Shown: piece after piece, positions 49,532-59,790 of the stretch | Layout of the letters: every line of letters starts with the position of its first letter | Position numbering within the stretch: the first letter of the stretch is position 1 | Source: Spirochaetia bacterium | GTDB lineage: Bacteria > Spirochaetota > Spirochaetia > UBA9216 | Length of the DNA stretch: 64,000 nt | Direction of reading: 5' to 3' | Assembly: GCA_965140585.1 (NCBI GenBank) | Contig: OZ223272.1 | Span: forward strand, 480,001-544,000 | Notes under the pieces: model-generated | Databases searched by the model: none | What the model was told of the DNA's origin: nothing | The model's input: the letters and a program-made list of their open reading frames with translations, nothing else | Program-made: the position numbers and the translations under genes

Positions 49532-51533
49532 AAACAGCTTATTAAAAAACATATACTACTTTATCCCCGTCCTGCTTCTTACGGCAGCGGCGGGGATTGC
49601 TCCCTTTATTGAAGCCTTTCAGACTTCTTTTTATCATGATATTTACGGGCAGAAAACATTCGCCGGACTCGAAAACTATTTCTTCCTGAGGCAGGACAGC
49701 GGATTCCGGCTAAGTGTAAACATAACAGCGCTATGGTCGATCGGCTCCGCGCTTTTGAGTGTCTTTACCGGTTTTATCCTTGCATCAATGATGACATCGG
49801 TAAAAAAACTTTCAAAATTACTCTACGGGGCATTGCTGATTCCCTGGGGTATTCCAGTTTACATAGCCGTACCGCTCTGGAGGGCGCTTATTCACGGCAA
49901 CGGGGGAAATTCAGTCTTCACGGAACTCTTCGGACTCAGTTTCAACCTGATGATGGATCCGGCTGCGGGTTTTATATCCTGTCTTGCTGTGAACCTCTGG
50001 CTTACACTGCCGTTCACTGTTTTTATAATTCACGGAGCAATAAGCCGCATTCCGGTTACCATGAAAGAAGCCGCTGAAGTTGACGGGGCTGATCGGATAA
50101 CAGTTTCCATGCATGTTATAATGCCTCAGATCAAAAATGTCCTGATCACTATGGGAATACTCAACTTCATCAAGGCATTCAAGGAATTTTCAGTTCCCTT
50201 TCTGATGACAGCCGGCGGCCCGCCGCTGCTCAGCGGTATCACAGACCGGTTTATTATCGGTGCAGTTACAACCCTCGATGTCTTCATATATGATATCTTC
50301 AATACAACTGAGGACATGGGAATTTCATCCGCATACTCAGTGATGACGGCAGGTCTGATTATTTTACTCATTGCGGTGTGGTATATCTCTGGTTCATCAA
50401 AGAAATCAGCAGCATTCCGATTTAGAATACTTTCAGTATCCACAGCCCTTATACAGCTTATATTCTCCGGCCTTTCCGGAGGGCTTCCTGCTCTGGGCTA
50501 CCTCACCGGCCTTATTAACAGAAAACTTTTTTACATTTCAGCATTAATTCATTTCATTTTTATCTGCATCAAAACAGCTCATAACGGATTTCTTTCCGGT
50601 TTTGATCCGGGAATTATCCCGGCTGTCTACACTGCCGTATGGGTAGTACTTCAGCACAGAAGAAATCCTGAAAACCGGAAAACTTCAATACAACCGATAA
50701 TTCGCGGACTCAAACTGCCTGCAGCCGGTTTATCGCTGGCGGCCTCAGGCCTGATCATTGTTTCGTCTGCTGTAATTATTTACCTGCTGCTATGGATGAG
50801 CTTTTCAGGAATCAGTGCCTGCTTTATCGACGGTTTTCTGCCTCCATCGCCGGGTATTGAAAGCTACCGTGAGGCTTTCAGCGAACATAACATTATATAC
50901 TACTTTAAAAACACAATAATTGTTTCAGCCCTTACCGGAGTTCTAACTCCTCTTGTCTGCTTCCCGGCAGCAATGTATCTTAACAGCAGAGGCAAGGTCT
51001 TTACCGGAACAGTTCTTGCAGCCATACAGCTTATAAGTATTGCCGGAGGAATGCATTCCCTTATACCTCTTTATGAGATATTCAGAAAGGCGGGACTTGT
51101 TAATTCCTTCACTCCTCTGATAATAATCGGAACCTATCATGCAGTTCCCGTTGCAATCTTCACAATTACAGCATGGCTTGATCGTATGCCCGATTCTTTC
51201 AGGGATGCAGCTCTGGTGGAAGGAATGAAGCCGTTCGGATATCTCATAAGAGTACTGATGCCGCTGTCAATTCCTGTGATTGTCACTTCGTTTATGGCAG
51301 CCTTTATATCGGCCTGGAATTCTTTCATGGTGCCGCTTATCTTTCTGAATGAGGAACGTCTCTACACCATAAGCATCAAAATATACTCTCTGATAGGAAG
51401 CATTGCATCCGGAACACCTTCCTGGAATATATTTGCAGCGGTATCTGTTCTTAACTGTCTGATTATTGTTTTTATTTTCTCATGGTTTAGAAAACCGGCG
51501 GGAAAAACCGGTATTTCAGAGGTTATGGATTAA
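49524..51533 (+). CDS. Fused two-module carbohydrate-ABC-type permease
   Basis: Two EAA loops (EAAEVDGA; DAALVEGM). Confidence 0.85.
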   Translation: MNKNSLLKNIYYFIPVLLLTAAAGIAPFIEAFQTSFYHDIYGQKTFAGLENYFFLRQDSGFRLSVNITALWSIGSALLSVFTGFILASMMTSVKKLSKLLYGALLIPWGIPVYIAVPLWRALIHGNGGNSVFTELFGLSFNLMMDPAAGFISCLAVNLWLTLPFTVFIIHGAISRIPVTMKEAAEVDGADRITVSMHVIMPQIKNVLITMGILNFIKAFKEFSVPFLMTAGGPPLLSGITDRFIIGAVTTLDVFIYDIFNTTEDMGISSAYSVMTAGLIILLIAVWYISGSSKKSAAFRFRILSVSTALIQLIFSGLSGGLPALGYLTGLINRKLFYISALIHFIFICIKTAHNGFLSGFDPGIIPAVYTAVWVVLQHRRNPENRKTSIQPIIRGLKLPAAGLSLAASGLIIVSSAVIIYLLLWMSFSGISACFIDGFLPPSPGIESYREAFSEHNIIYYFKNTIIVSALTGVLTPLVCFPAAMYLNSRGKVFTGTVLAAIQLISIAGGMHSLIPLYEIFRKAGLVNSFTPLIIIGTYHAVPVAIFTITAWLDRMPDSFRDAALVEGMKPFGYLIRVLMPLSIPVIVTSFMAAFISAWNSFMVPLIFLNEERLYTISIKIYSLIGSIASGTPSWNIFAAVSVLNCLIIVFIFSWFRKPAGKTGISEVMD

Positions 51534-51553
51534 TCGTTAGTACTTCGGGTAAA

Positions 51554-53086
51554 TTATTTTTTCTTGCTGTAATGCTGCAGCAGCTGAACAAAATAATAAC
51601 TTTTCTTGTAGATTGCTGAAAGACGCTCATCAACCAGACCATCCATCGCATTTTCAATTTCTTTCCAGTTTGTTATCAGTTCATGCGGTTTTTTATGAAA
51701 ATCTTCAATAACCATCTTCAGACTTTTTGCAAGAGCTATGAGGTGAAGACCGGTTGTATTTATCATACCCGCGGCTTCCTGATTCACATCCTTAAGCTCC
51801 TTCCTGAGTTTGGTTATATGTGATTTATCCGCATCACGCCTTTTCAGAAGCTTCGAAAGTTCGGCGCCTTTTGCCCCTTCTTCAGAAAGGTTCTCATCAA
51901 ATTTTACAACCTCATCTGCAACAGCCATCAGTCCATAGAAAGCTTCCGAAAGCTGCTGTGAGTTTATATTTGTTGTCCACTTCCCCCTGATTATCAGGAT
52001 GTCGCTTACTTCTCTGATATCCTTCTTGCAGTAATCGACAAGGAAGGCTTTCAGATAGTTCATCGGTGCTATGTAAATATATCCTCCCAGCATCTTCTTC
52101 TCGAACGCAAGGTTAGCCTTTTCTGTATAGTGATTCATTCTTGATACAGCAGATGTTCCGAAAACCTTGAAGGCAAGATCATCGAGCTTACTCTTCTGCT
52201 GTTCTTTCATGATTTTCTGAATTATAAGCTCAGCCTGGCTTTTAAGCTTTGTAAGATAGTCCTCAACTATTCTGTTTGCCGGCCGGGCGACTTGATAACT
52301 GTAGGAAGGGTTTTTATCAATGCTCTTTATTATCAGTTCAAGAACCTTTGAGGTTCTTACATCCCTGAGTTTTCTCAACTGCTTTGTCCATTCACTTCTG
52401 TTAAGCACTTCCGCACCCTTATATGCGCTAAGGACATCAAAAAGGTCATTCCAGTCGGCATCCAGTTCAAGAAAGGGTATCAGCGTCAGAAAGTCCTTAA
52501 GATCTTCGGATACATACTCGCCGTTTATATCCTCAAATCTGGGGCTGTAATTAAAATCATTTTCAGGGAATCTGGAATCAAATTTCCGCAGGAAGAAATA
52601 AAAGTCAAATGAAATAAAATCAACGAAGACAGCCATAAGGTTATAAGTTGAATTAATTGATTTCACCTTGGCTGTATCAAAAAATGAGAAGAAATTAACC
52701 AGATTGTTTTTAAGTTCATCAGCCACAGCCTTGATATTACCGTTATTCTGCTTGATAGCTTCACGAATCGCAGATTCATCAAAACTGTCACGGATCTCAA
52801 CCTGTTTTTCATTAAGGGAATTCTCAATAATTATTGTTTTCAGAACGACTGAAGATTCGGCGTGATCCAGAAGAAGTTTGGTGGGTCCGATAACACGGTA
52901 AAAATCATAGAAGAACTTTGCCATAGCAGAGAGTGCTTCTACTGATTTAGGTTTGTAAAACTTGAATTTGCTCTTTTTAAGTTGTTTGTCAATCTCTTTA
53001 AGGAGCCGCTTCTTTTCTTTTTCAGGATCAGCGGATCTTCCAATTAGAGACAGTATCTTTTCAAGAAAACCGGAACCATCGCTCAA
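51554..53086 (-). CDS. Spirochaete conserved protein (DUF5312-like)
   Basis: DPEKEKKRLLK.I.K.L...KFKFYK, FDFYFFLRKFD; family recalled from memory. Confidence 0.65.
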   Translation of the reverse strand: MSDGSGFLEKILSLIGRSADPEKEKKRLLKEIDKQLKKSKFKFYKPKSVEALSAMAKFFYDFYRVIGPTKLLLDHAESSVVLKTIIIENSLNEKQVEIRDSFDESAIREAIKQNNGNIKAVADELKNNLVNFFSFFDTAKVKSINSTYNLMAVFVDFISFDFYFFLRKFDSRFPENDFNYSPRFEDINGEYVSEDLKDFLTLIPFLELDADWNDLFDVLSAYKGAEVLNRSEWTKQLRKLRDVRTSKVLELIIKSIDKNPSYSYQVARPANRIVEDYLTKLKSQAELIIQKIMKEQQKSKLDDLAFKVFGTSAVSRMNHYTEKANLAFEKKMLGGYIYIAPMNYLKAFLVDYCKKDIREVSDILIIRGKWTTNINSQQLSEAFYGLMAVADEVVKFDENLSEEGAKGAELSKLLKRRDADKSHITKLRKELKDVNQEAAGMINTTGLHLIALAKSLKMVIEDFHKKPHELITNWKEIENAMDGLVDERLSAIYKKSYYFVQLLQHYSKKK

Positions 53087-53154
53087 CCGGGAACCCTCCT
53101 GCGTAATGTTATTTTAAAAAGAGGCCGCTGTCAATCACAGAAAAAATTCCTTCG

Positions 53155-53523
53155 TTATGTTCCTGTTCTAATTACCCTAGTTAGCAGAATTTTGGCAATG
53201 AGTCCAAGCACTATCCCAGCCAAATCCGCTGCAAAATCGGCCAGTTCCGGGCTTCGTCCGGTAAAAGACTGTATAAATTCCATCAATATACCGTAACCAG
53301 CAAGCATGAGCACACAAACCAGAACTCCGGTGATTTTCTTTCTGAATTCAGGAAGGGACATTAACAAAAGCATCGATAAAACTGCATAAGCAGCGGCGTG
53401 CTCAGCTTTGTCGATATATTCAAATGAGCCTGGAAGTTTCGGCGGTGACGGAATCAGCGAGAGAACAGTTACTGAAGCAAGACAGACAAGAAAAAGTATG
53501 AAGCTAAGTTTTTTTACAGTCAC
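53155..53523 (-). CDS. VanZ-family protein
   Basis: DKAEH..AY, EFIQSFTGRS....D..AD..G. Confidence 0.85.
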   Translation of the reverse strand: MTVKKLSFILFLVCLASVTVLSLIPSPPKLPGSFEYIDKAEHAAAYAVLSMLLLMSLPEFRKKITGVLVCVLMLAGYGILMEFIQSFTGRSPELADFAADLAGIVLGLIAKILLTRVIRTGT

Positions 53524-53604
53524 GGTTTACAATAGATATAAAAGAAGATTCAGTCAATCAGGCTTGTATTGACAAATAAAATCCTGAAAGATATCCTCCG
53601 TAAT

Positions 53605-54894
53605 ATGAATAACTTGGCAGTTGAATTGAATAAGATTCTGGAAAAAACATGCGCATATGAATTGCTCTCCGACTACGGGAAAAGAATGTACTTCCCGGCT
53701 GGCATTGCAGCCCAGTCAGCAGAAGCAGGAAAAAAGGCAAAAACCTATAATGCGACTATCGGTATGGCTATCAGCAAGGGTGAAGCCATAGAATTACCGT
53801 CCCTGAGGAAACTTCTTCCCGAACTCAGCCCCGCAGAGGCTGTTACCTATGCTCCGACCGGAGGAGATGCAAATCTCATCAAACTCTGGAAAGAAGATAT
53901 GGTCAGAAAGAATCCGGCTGTAAATCCTGAGAAGATATCAAACCCTGTAGTTGTTCCCGGACTTACAAACGGAATATCCCAGCTCATGGATCTTTTTGTC
54001 GATGAAGGCGAATCAGTTGTAATCCCTGATATGTTCTGGGGAAACTACAGACTGATGATTGAAGAAAGAAGATGCGCCTCTATAGCTGGGTTTCCTTTTT
54101 TCAATGCTGAAGGCGGACTCAATATCGCCGGTTTTGTTGAAACAATCAAGAAAACCGCAGTTAACAAGAAGTCTGTGATGATTGTAAACTTTCCGAACAA
54201 TCCTACAGGATATTCTCCAAGCAAGGCTGAGGCGACTGAACTTAAAAATGAACTGGTAAAGCTTGCTGAAGACGGATATAAGCTTGCTGTAATAACCGAC
54301 GATGCATACTTCGGCCTCTTCTTTGAAGAAGATACATACAAAAGCTCACTGTTCAATGAACTCTATGATGCACATGAAAACATCCTTGCAATAAAGGTTG
54401 ACGGCGCTACAAAAGAACACTTCGTATGGGGATTCAGGGTAGGTTTTGTAACCTTCGGCGCAAAAGGAATGGATGCTGAGGCATGCAAGGCTATTGAAAC
54501 AAAACTGTCCGCTTCTCTTAGATGTACAGTATCAAACTGTTCAAGACCGGCTCAGAGCCTCCTTCTAAAGGCCATGCAGAGCCCCTCCTACAGCAGTGAA
54601 AAAGCAGCATATGAAGAAGAGATCAAGGATCGATACATTAAAATAAAGGGAATCCTTGAAAAGCACAGTGACGATCCTGTACTTGAAGCACTTCCTTTCA
54701 ACTCAGGATACTTTATGAGTTTTAAGATGAAAAAAGGAAGCGCAGAGCAGCTTCGTAAAAACCTGCTTGACGGTGAGGGTATCGGAACAATTTCTATTCA
54801 GGATAAGTATCTAAGAATCGCATTCTCTGCGGTTGATATTGAAGATATTGATGATCTATACGCAAGGATATTTGCAGCAGCCGGAAAGCTTTAA
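53605..54894 (+). CDS. Aminotransferase class I/II
   Basis: NFPNNPTGY, DDAY, GATK....WGFRVG; promoter TTGACA-17-TATCCT at 53569. Confidence 0.92.
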   Translation: MNNLAVELNKILEKTCAYELLSDYGKRMYFPAGIAAQSAEAGKKAKTYNATIGMAISKGEAIELPSLRKLLPELSPAEAVTYAPTGGDANLIKLWKEDMVRKNPAVNPEKISNPVVVPGLTNGISQLMDLFVDEGESVVIPDMFWGNYRLMIEERRCASIAGFPFFNAEGGLNIAGFVETIKKTAVNKKSVMIVNFPNNPTGYSPSKAEATELKNELVKLAEDGYKLAVITDDAYFGLFFEEDTYKSSLFNELYDAHENILAIKVDGATKEHFVWGFRVGFVTFGAKGMDAEACKAIETKLSASLRCTVSNCSRPAQSLLLKAMQSPSYSSEKAAYEEEIKDRYIKIKGILEKHSDDPVLEALPFNSGYFMSFKMKKGSAEQLRKNLLDGEGIGTISIQDKYLRIAFSAVDIEDIDDLYARIFAAAGKL

Positions 54895-54955
54895 AGAAAT
54901 CCGGCGTTAAATCCAGAGCATCTCACGGAAAAACGTTTTCCCTGAGATGTTTTTT

Positions 54956-55438
54956 TTATTCCGGAACGAGCAGCTTTCCGACTTCCTGAAGCTCGGACAT
55001 CCTGGAATAAACCGGCATCCGGCCTTTTGCTTCCAGCTTATCCATCTCTATCGTTTTCATATAAAGTTCATTGACCATATCGGCAAGAATTCCGAGATTA
55101 TCATTAAAATTACAGATTGCCATATCCATCAGAAGCTTTTCATTTCCGCTAGCCCTGCTGCTTCCGAGAATAAACCTGAGATTCGGAGCAACATCTTTCC
55201 TTACCTTTCTGATAAAAACAGCCAGATTGTAGATTCCATCGTAGAGTTCGGCAAAGCTGTATCCCTGCATCCTCTCATAATCGGAAATCTCGGTAATTTT
55301 TTCTATCTTTTCCCAGGCGCCCTTTTCAATGGTAATGTCGTTAAAGGCCTTTCTAAGATAGCGGTTCCCTATGTTCTGTTTATAGTGTTCGCTGATTCTT
55401 TCAACAATATTAATAATTTGTGTATTTTTCGCCGCCAT
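54956..55438 (-). CDS. Hypothetical protein
   Basis: 160 aa with GGAG RBS; follows the radical SAM gene. Confidence 0.75.
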   Translation of the reverse strand: MAAKNTQIINIVERISEHYKQNIGNRYLRKAFNDITIEKGAWEKIEKITEISDYERMQGYSFAELYDGIYNLAVFIRKVRKDVAPNLRFILGSSRASGNEKLLMDMAICNFNDNLGILADMVNELYMKTIEMDKLEAKGRMPVYSRMSELQEVGKLLVPE

Positions 55439-55458
55439 TCTCTTCTCCGTGAAAAATA

Positions 55459-56424
55459 TTATAGCAGATCAGTTTTAAAAAGTCGCCCCTGAAAAGTTTT
55501 GCGTGCTGACAATTCACGTCTTACAAGATCATAGAATTCAGTCTTCTTCATAAAACCAAGGGGAGCCGCCAGCTGACTGCTGCTGCTGTCACAGGTCAGT
55601 CTCATTATCATTGTTTCAAGAGGCATGCGTTCAATTGCTCCGATTGTGTATTCCAGATGCATGGCGGTATCGGGAGCATCAACCTCTCCTTTTTGAAACT
55701 CACGGTAAAGAGGACTGTTAACCGGAATATGAAGGTTATGAAATTTCACACCTTCCGGATGAAGCGAGGCCGTATATTCGCAGCTTGCAAAAATATCTTC
55801 CTCGGACTCTCCGGGAAGCCCGAAGATAAGGTGAACCGCTATCTTGATTCCCCTGGAGCGCAGAAGATTGAAAGCTTTTTCAAAGTCTTCCACAGAATGT
55901 CCCCGATTAATCCTTTCCAGCGTTTTATTATGCGCCGACTGAAGCCCCAGCTCGACCCACACATCAAGTCCTTTCCCACGATAGGAGGCAAGCAGATCGG
56001 CAACATCTTCATCTACACAGTCGGGGCGGGTTGAGACTATCAGCTCGCTGTAAGGATTCAGAGAGAGGCTGTAATCATAAATTTCCTTAAGCCGCTCCAC
56101 AGGGGCGTAGGTTCCCGAAAAGGCCTGAAAGTACAGCAGAAAAACCTCTGCCCGATAGCGTTTTTTAAGAAAAGCTGTAGCTTTTTCAGTCTGCACAGCA
56201 ATATCAGCGAATAAATCCGCAAGCGGCGCATCCTCAAATGCATCCTGGGTGCGCTGATACATAGCCCGGGCCCCGAAGGCATCGCAGTAGCTGCATCCGG
56301 GAGACTGCCGTCCGCCGTCCCTGTTGGGGCATGAAAACCCGGCATCAACACCAACCCTGAATGCCGGGACTCCATACCGTTTTTTTAGATATGCACTGTA
56401 GCTGTAGAATAGATTTCTGTTCAC
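55459..56424 (-). CDS. TIGR01212-family radical SAM protein (YhcC/YtqA-like)
   Basis: GFSCPNRDG.....GCSYC, YFQAF, TRPDC, ELGLQSA. Confidence 0.92.
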   Translation of the reverse strand: MNRNLFYSYSAYLKKRYGVPAFRVGVDAGFSCPNRDGGRQSPGCSYCDAFGARAMYQRTQDAFEDAPLADLFADIAVQTEKATAFLKKRYRAEVFLLYFQAFSGTYAPVERLKEIYDYSLSLNPYSELIVSTRPDCVDEDVADLLASYRGKGLDVWVELGLQSAHNKTLERINRGHSVEDFEKAFNLLRSRGIKIAVHLIFGLPGESEEDIFASCEYTASLHPEGVKFHNLHIPVNSPLYREFQKGEVDAPDTAMHLEYTIGAIERMPLETMIMRLTCDSSSSQLAAPLGFMKKTEFYDLVRRELSARKTFQGRLFKTDLL

Positions 56425-56490
56425 AGCCTATTATCCACCTAATACGGCGGGATTGACAACCCTGCTGCATACGCTTAAATTTAGCGGCAG

Positions 56491-57735
56491 ATGAAAAGAA
56501 TCATATTTACTTTTTTAACACTCAACGTGATGATGCTTTCAGGCTGTTTTCTCATAGATAACAAGACAGCCATTCTAAGCACCGACCGGCCGGAAGTCGC
56601 TGCCTATGTAGAGATCTTCAATGCTTCCCAGTCAGAATACCGGATAGAACTAGTTTACTCGGAACAGCCATGGGACAGCCGAACTCTTTATTCACAGGAT
56701 GCTCCTGATATAGTGATTTCCCGAAACCTGGCGGCGAACACTGTAATAACAGCATTCAATCCGCTTACAAAGCTGATTGAAAAAGAGCTTTTTGATCCCT
56801 CAACTCTGTACCAGCCTCTGTATGCAACCGGAACCAGAGAAGGCGTACCCTATGTACTGCCTTTATCCTTCAACCTTCCTGCAGTTATATACCGTCAGGG
56901 AGCTGTAGATACAAGAGGCTCCGCACTGATAATAACACCTGAGCAGATGAAAAGCATTTCCGGAGATTTTAATTCAAAATCCACCGACAGATTCAGAGTT
57001 AAGGGATTTGTTCCATCCTGGTCTGAGGACTTCATATACTACAACTCTGTCATCCAGGGCACATCCTATGGTGAAACAGCAGACGGCTCTACCATCTGGA
57101 ACAACGAGAATCTTACAGCCTCTGCAGAGTTCTGCCGGGACTGGACCGAAAATCTCAATTCCGGATACGCCGAGGAAACCGATTTTACCCTTACCTACTG
57201 CTATGATCCTGGATATAAACTGCTTAACGCTGAACGCATAGGCTTTTCTTTCACAACACTTCGTGATTTTCTGAGCATTCCTGCTGAAGAACGTACAAGC
57301 CTTGAGTTCAAATGGTTCGGCGGTGATGGTTTCATACCGGTCTGTGATGATATCAACTATATTGGAATTCCAAAAGAATCATCCAAAAAGAAAACCGCCG
57401 AGGCTTTTCTGGTCTGGATGCTTTCGGCCGACACGCAGAGAACCCTGCTTGAATCAGCACAGTTTAAAAGACTAAGGGTTTTCGGCATCTGCGACGGCCT
57501 CTCTACCATAAGCGAAATAAACGAAAAGGTTATTCCCGAATATTATACAAGGCTGATAGGTCTGATTCCCCCTTCAGAATACCTGCGGGTACCGGCTTCA
57601 CTTCCTGCTGACTGGGATGAAATAAGGGACGGAGTATTCATTCCCTGGCTTATGGATCAGATATCAGAAACACCCCGGATGCCGGCTGTTTCTGACCGGC
57701 TCAGAACATGGCTGCTGCAGGAGAAGAAAAACTGA
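56491..57735 (+). CDS. Extracellular solute-binding lipoprotein
   Basis: Lipobox LSGC; PDIV, LPLSFNLP. Confidence 0.75.
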   Translation: MKRIIFTFLTLNVMMLSGCFLIDNKTAILSTDRPEVAAYVEIFNASQSEYRIELVYSEQPWDSRTLYSQDAPDIVISRNLAANTVITAFNPLTKLIEKELFDPSTLYQPLYATGTREGVPYVLPLSFNLPAVIYRQGAVDTRGSALIITPEQMKSISGDFNSKSTDRFRVKGFVPSWSEDFIYYNSVIQGTSYGETADGSTIWNNENLTASAEFCRDWTENLNSGYAEETDFTLTYCYDPGYKLLNAERIGFSFTTLRDFLSIPAEERTSLEFKWFGGDGFIPVCDDINYIGIPKESSKKKTAEAFLVWMLSADTQRTLLESAQFKRLRVFGICDGLSTISEINEKVIPEYYTRLIGLIPPSEYLRVPASLPADWDEIRDGVFIPWLMDQISETPRMPAVSDRLRTWLLQEKKN

Positions 57736-58235
57736 TGAACAAACCGGTATCACTTAAATTCCTTGAAACCGCACGCAGTGCCGGTATCTCAGCCGCCTTT
57801 GCCGAATCTATTACCGCCGGCAATCTCACATCTGAACTTGTGCAGTACCCGGGAGCTTCCGCCGTACTTCGAGGCGGGGTAACGGCCTACTCAAACGAGG
57901 TGAAGCGCTCGGTTCTGGGCGTTCAGCAGAGCACACTTGATGCCTACGGTGCTGTATCTTCGCAGACTGTTACCGAAATGCTTAAAGGACTGTCTGAACA
58001 AATCAGGGCCGATATCTACGCGGCTGTTTCAGGAGTCGCAGGTCCTGACGGGGGAACTGTAGAAAAGCCGGTCGGTACCGTCGATATAGGCTTCATGTTC
58101 AGGGATAAGCTGACAACTGAAAGAGTTATTTTCTCCGGAACCCGTGAGGAAATCATAAAAGCTTGTGTTGAACATGTTTACACAAGACTGCTTGAAGAGG
58201 TCGAGAAAGCTTGCAGCAGCAAATTGCAGCAATAG
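57735..58235 (+). CDS. CinA C-terminal/PncC NMN deamidase
   Basis: AESITAG, YSNEVK, GAVS, SGVAGPDGG..EKPVGTV. Confidence 0.9.
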   Translation: MNKPVSLKFLETARSAGISAAFAESITAGNLTSELVQYPGASAVLRGGVTAYSNEVKRSVLGVQQSTLDAYGAVSSQTVTEMLKGLSEQIRADIYAAVSGVAGPDGGTVEKPVGTVDIGFMFRDKLTTERVIFSGTREEIIKACVEHVYTRLLEEVEKACSSKLQQ

Positions 58236-59722
58236 CTGTTCCCCCTGTATTCGATTTTTACTTCACACCTTCGAGGGCATCAGCTCTTGGAGCCCGGACA
58301 GTTAAAACCATACTTGAACATTACGGTTTTGAAACGGAACTTTTTAATTTTCCGGCCCTCAGAAAGCGGGGCAGTAGACAGCCCCTGCCCGATGAGTTAA
58401 GCCATTTAAAACCTCATATAATAGAAAATGAAACAGGGCCCCTGTCATTTTTCACAAAGTATCAGCGTTTCGGTCCCGACTATCATGAATGTGCAGAAAT
58501 GATAAAATCCTGCGGAGCCGATTATCTGTTCATATCCTGCTTCGCATGGGCATACGCCGAATCAACACTAAAGCTTGCCGAAGCAGTCAAAAACATTTCA
58601 CCCGAAGTCAGGATAATTGCAGGAGGTGCCGGGGTCACAGTTAACCCTGTATACTTCGCAGACTGCCCTGACATAGACCAGGTTCTATGCGGAGAGGCCG
58701 AGAAAGTCCTCGGCGATTTCCTGAAACATGAAGCGGGAATTTCCGGCAGTCTGTATGAATCGGAATTACAGCCCTTTATTCCTTCAGCAGCAGTGAATGA
58801 AGGAAGGGGAAAACAGGGGACAACACGGGTAACGCTTTCAGTAAGCAGGGGCTGTCCGAACCGCTGCAGTTTCTGCTCAAACTTCCTGGTTCACGGACGT
58901 GAGTTCAGAAAACTGCCAATACCGGCAGTCGAAGATATGCTGAAATCCTTAAGACTGAAGGGCCCGCTTCATTTCAATTTTGAGGATGACAACCTTCTTG
59001 CCGACAAATCCTACTTCATAGCTCTGCTGGAATTGCTTGGAACAAGATATCCCGGTTCGATATTCACAGCCGAGAACGGCCTTGAATACAACCTGCTAAG
59101 CCCCCAACTCACAAGACAGCTGATAGGGCTTGGTTTCAGAAGTTTCAACCTTTCAATGGCCTCCTCAGATTTAATACTTCTTGATTCCCAGAACCGGCCG
59201 TCTACGCCCGGAAGGCTTAAGGAAATATCCGGAGTCCTGCAGGTCCGGAATATCCTGTCCACTGTTTACTTTATCTGTGGAATGAAGAATGAAACTATTG
59301 ACTCTACAGCTTCAAACCTCATAGCCCTTCATAACATGCCGGTTCTCACCGGAATAAGCATGTTCTACCCGGTCCCGGGCCTTCCCGGTTTTGAGAATCC
59401 GGAAATCTTCAGCAAGTACAAGCCCTTTCTATGCGCAGGCAGTTCTGCCTGGCCCTGGAACAACTCTCTCTCCACTGCCGGACTGATAACCGCATTCAGA
59501 CTCGCAAGGCTGTCAAATATGATTAAAACTCTTACAGCACAAATTCCCGGAACCAGGCACGATAAAATCCAGGAACAGGACAGCCGGCTTGTGAAAGAAA
59601 TTTTCAGAGAGAGAAGACTCAAAACCATCAGAGGAAAAGAGATAACAGATATTCCGGAAGCTGAAAACAAGCTGGTTGAGACCTTCCTTGAACAGGCTCT
59701 CAGACCGGGGCTACTTGACTAA
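58211..59722 (+). CDS. B12-binding radical SAM protein
   Basis: GGAGVT...GEAE B12-domain region; SRGCPNRCSFC; FEDDN. Confidence 0.85.
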   Translation: MQQQIAAIAVPPVFDFYFTPSRASALGARTVKTILEHYGFETELFNFPALRKRGSRQPLPDELSHLKPHIIENETGPLSFFTKYQRFGPDYHECAEMIKSCGADYLFISCFAWAYAESTLKLAEAVKNISPEVRIIAGGAGVTVNPVYFADCPDIDQVLCGEAEKVLGDFLKHEAGISGSLYESELQPFIPSAAVNEGRGKQGTTRVTLSVSRGCPNRCSFCSNFLVHGREFRKLPIPAVEDMLKSLRLKGPLHFNFEDDNLLADKSYFIALLELLGTRYPGSIFTAENGLEYNLLSPQLTRQLIGLGFRSFNLSMASSDLILLDSQNRPSTPGRLKEISGVLQVRNILSTVYFICGMKNETIDSTASNLIALHNMPVLTGISMFYPVPGLPGFENPEIFSKYKPFLCAGSSAWPWNNSLSTAGLITAFRLARLSNMIKTLTAQIPGTRHDKIQEQDSRLVKEIFRERRLKTIRGKEITDIPEAENKLVETFLEQALRPGLLD

Positions 59723-59790
59723 TTTCACTGCTTCAATATAGGATCGGCTCATCTATCTTTGCCTTTTTACAAGCATTCAGGGAGTATATA

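Noticed and set aside
54947-55492. 181-aa plus-strand ORF and similar antisense ORFs across housekeeping genes
   Set aside because: These are antisense shadows of better-supported genes and have no motifs.
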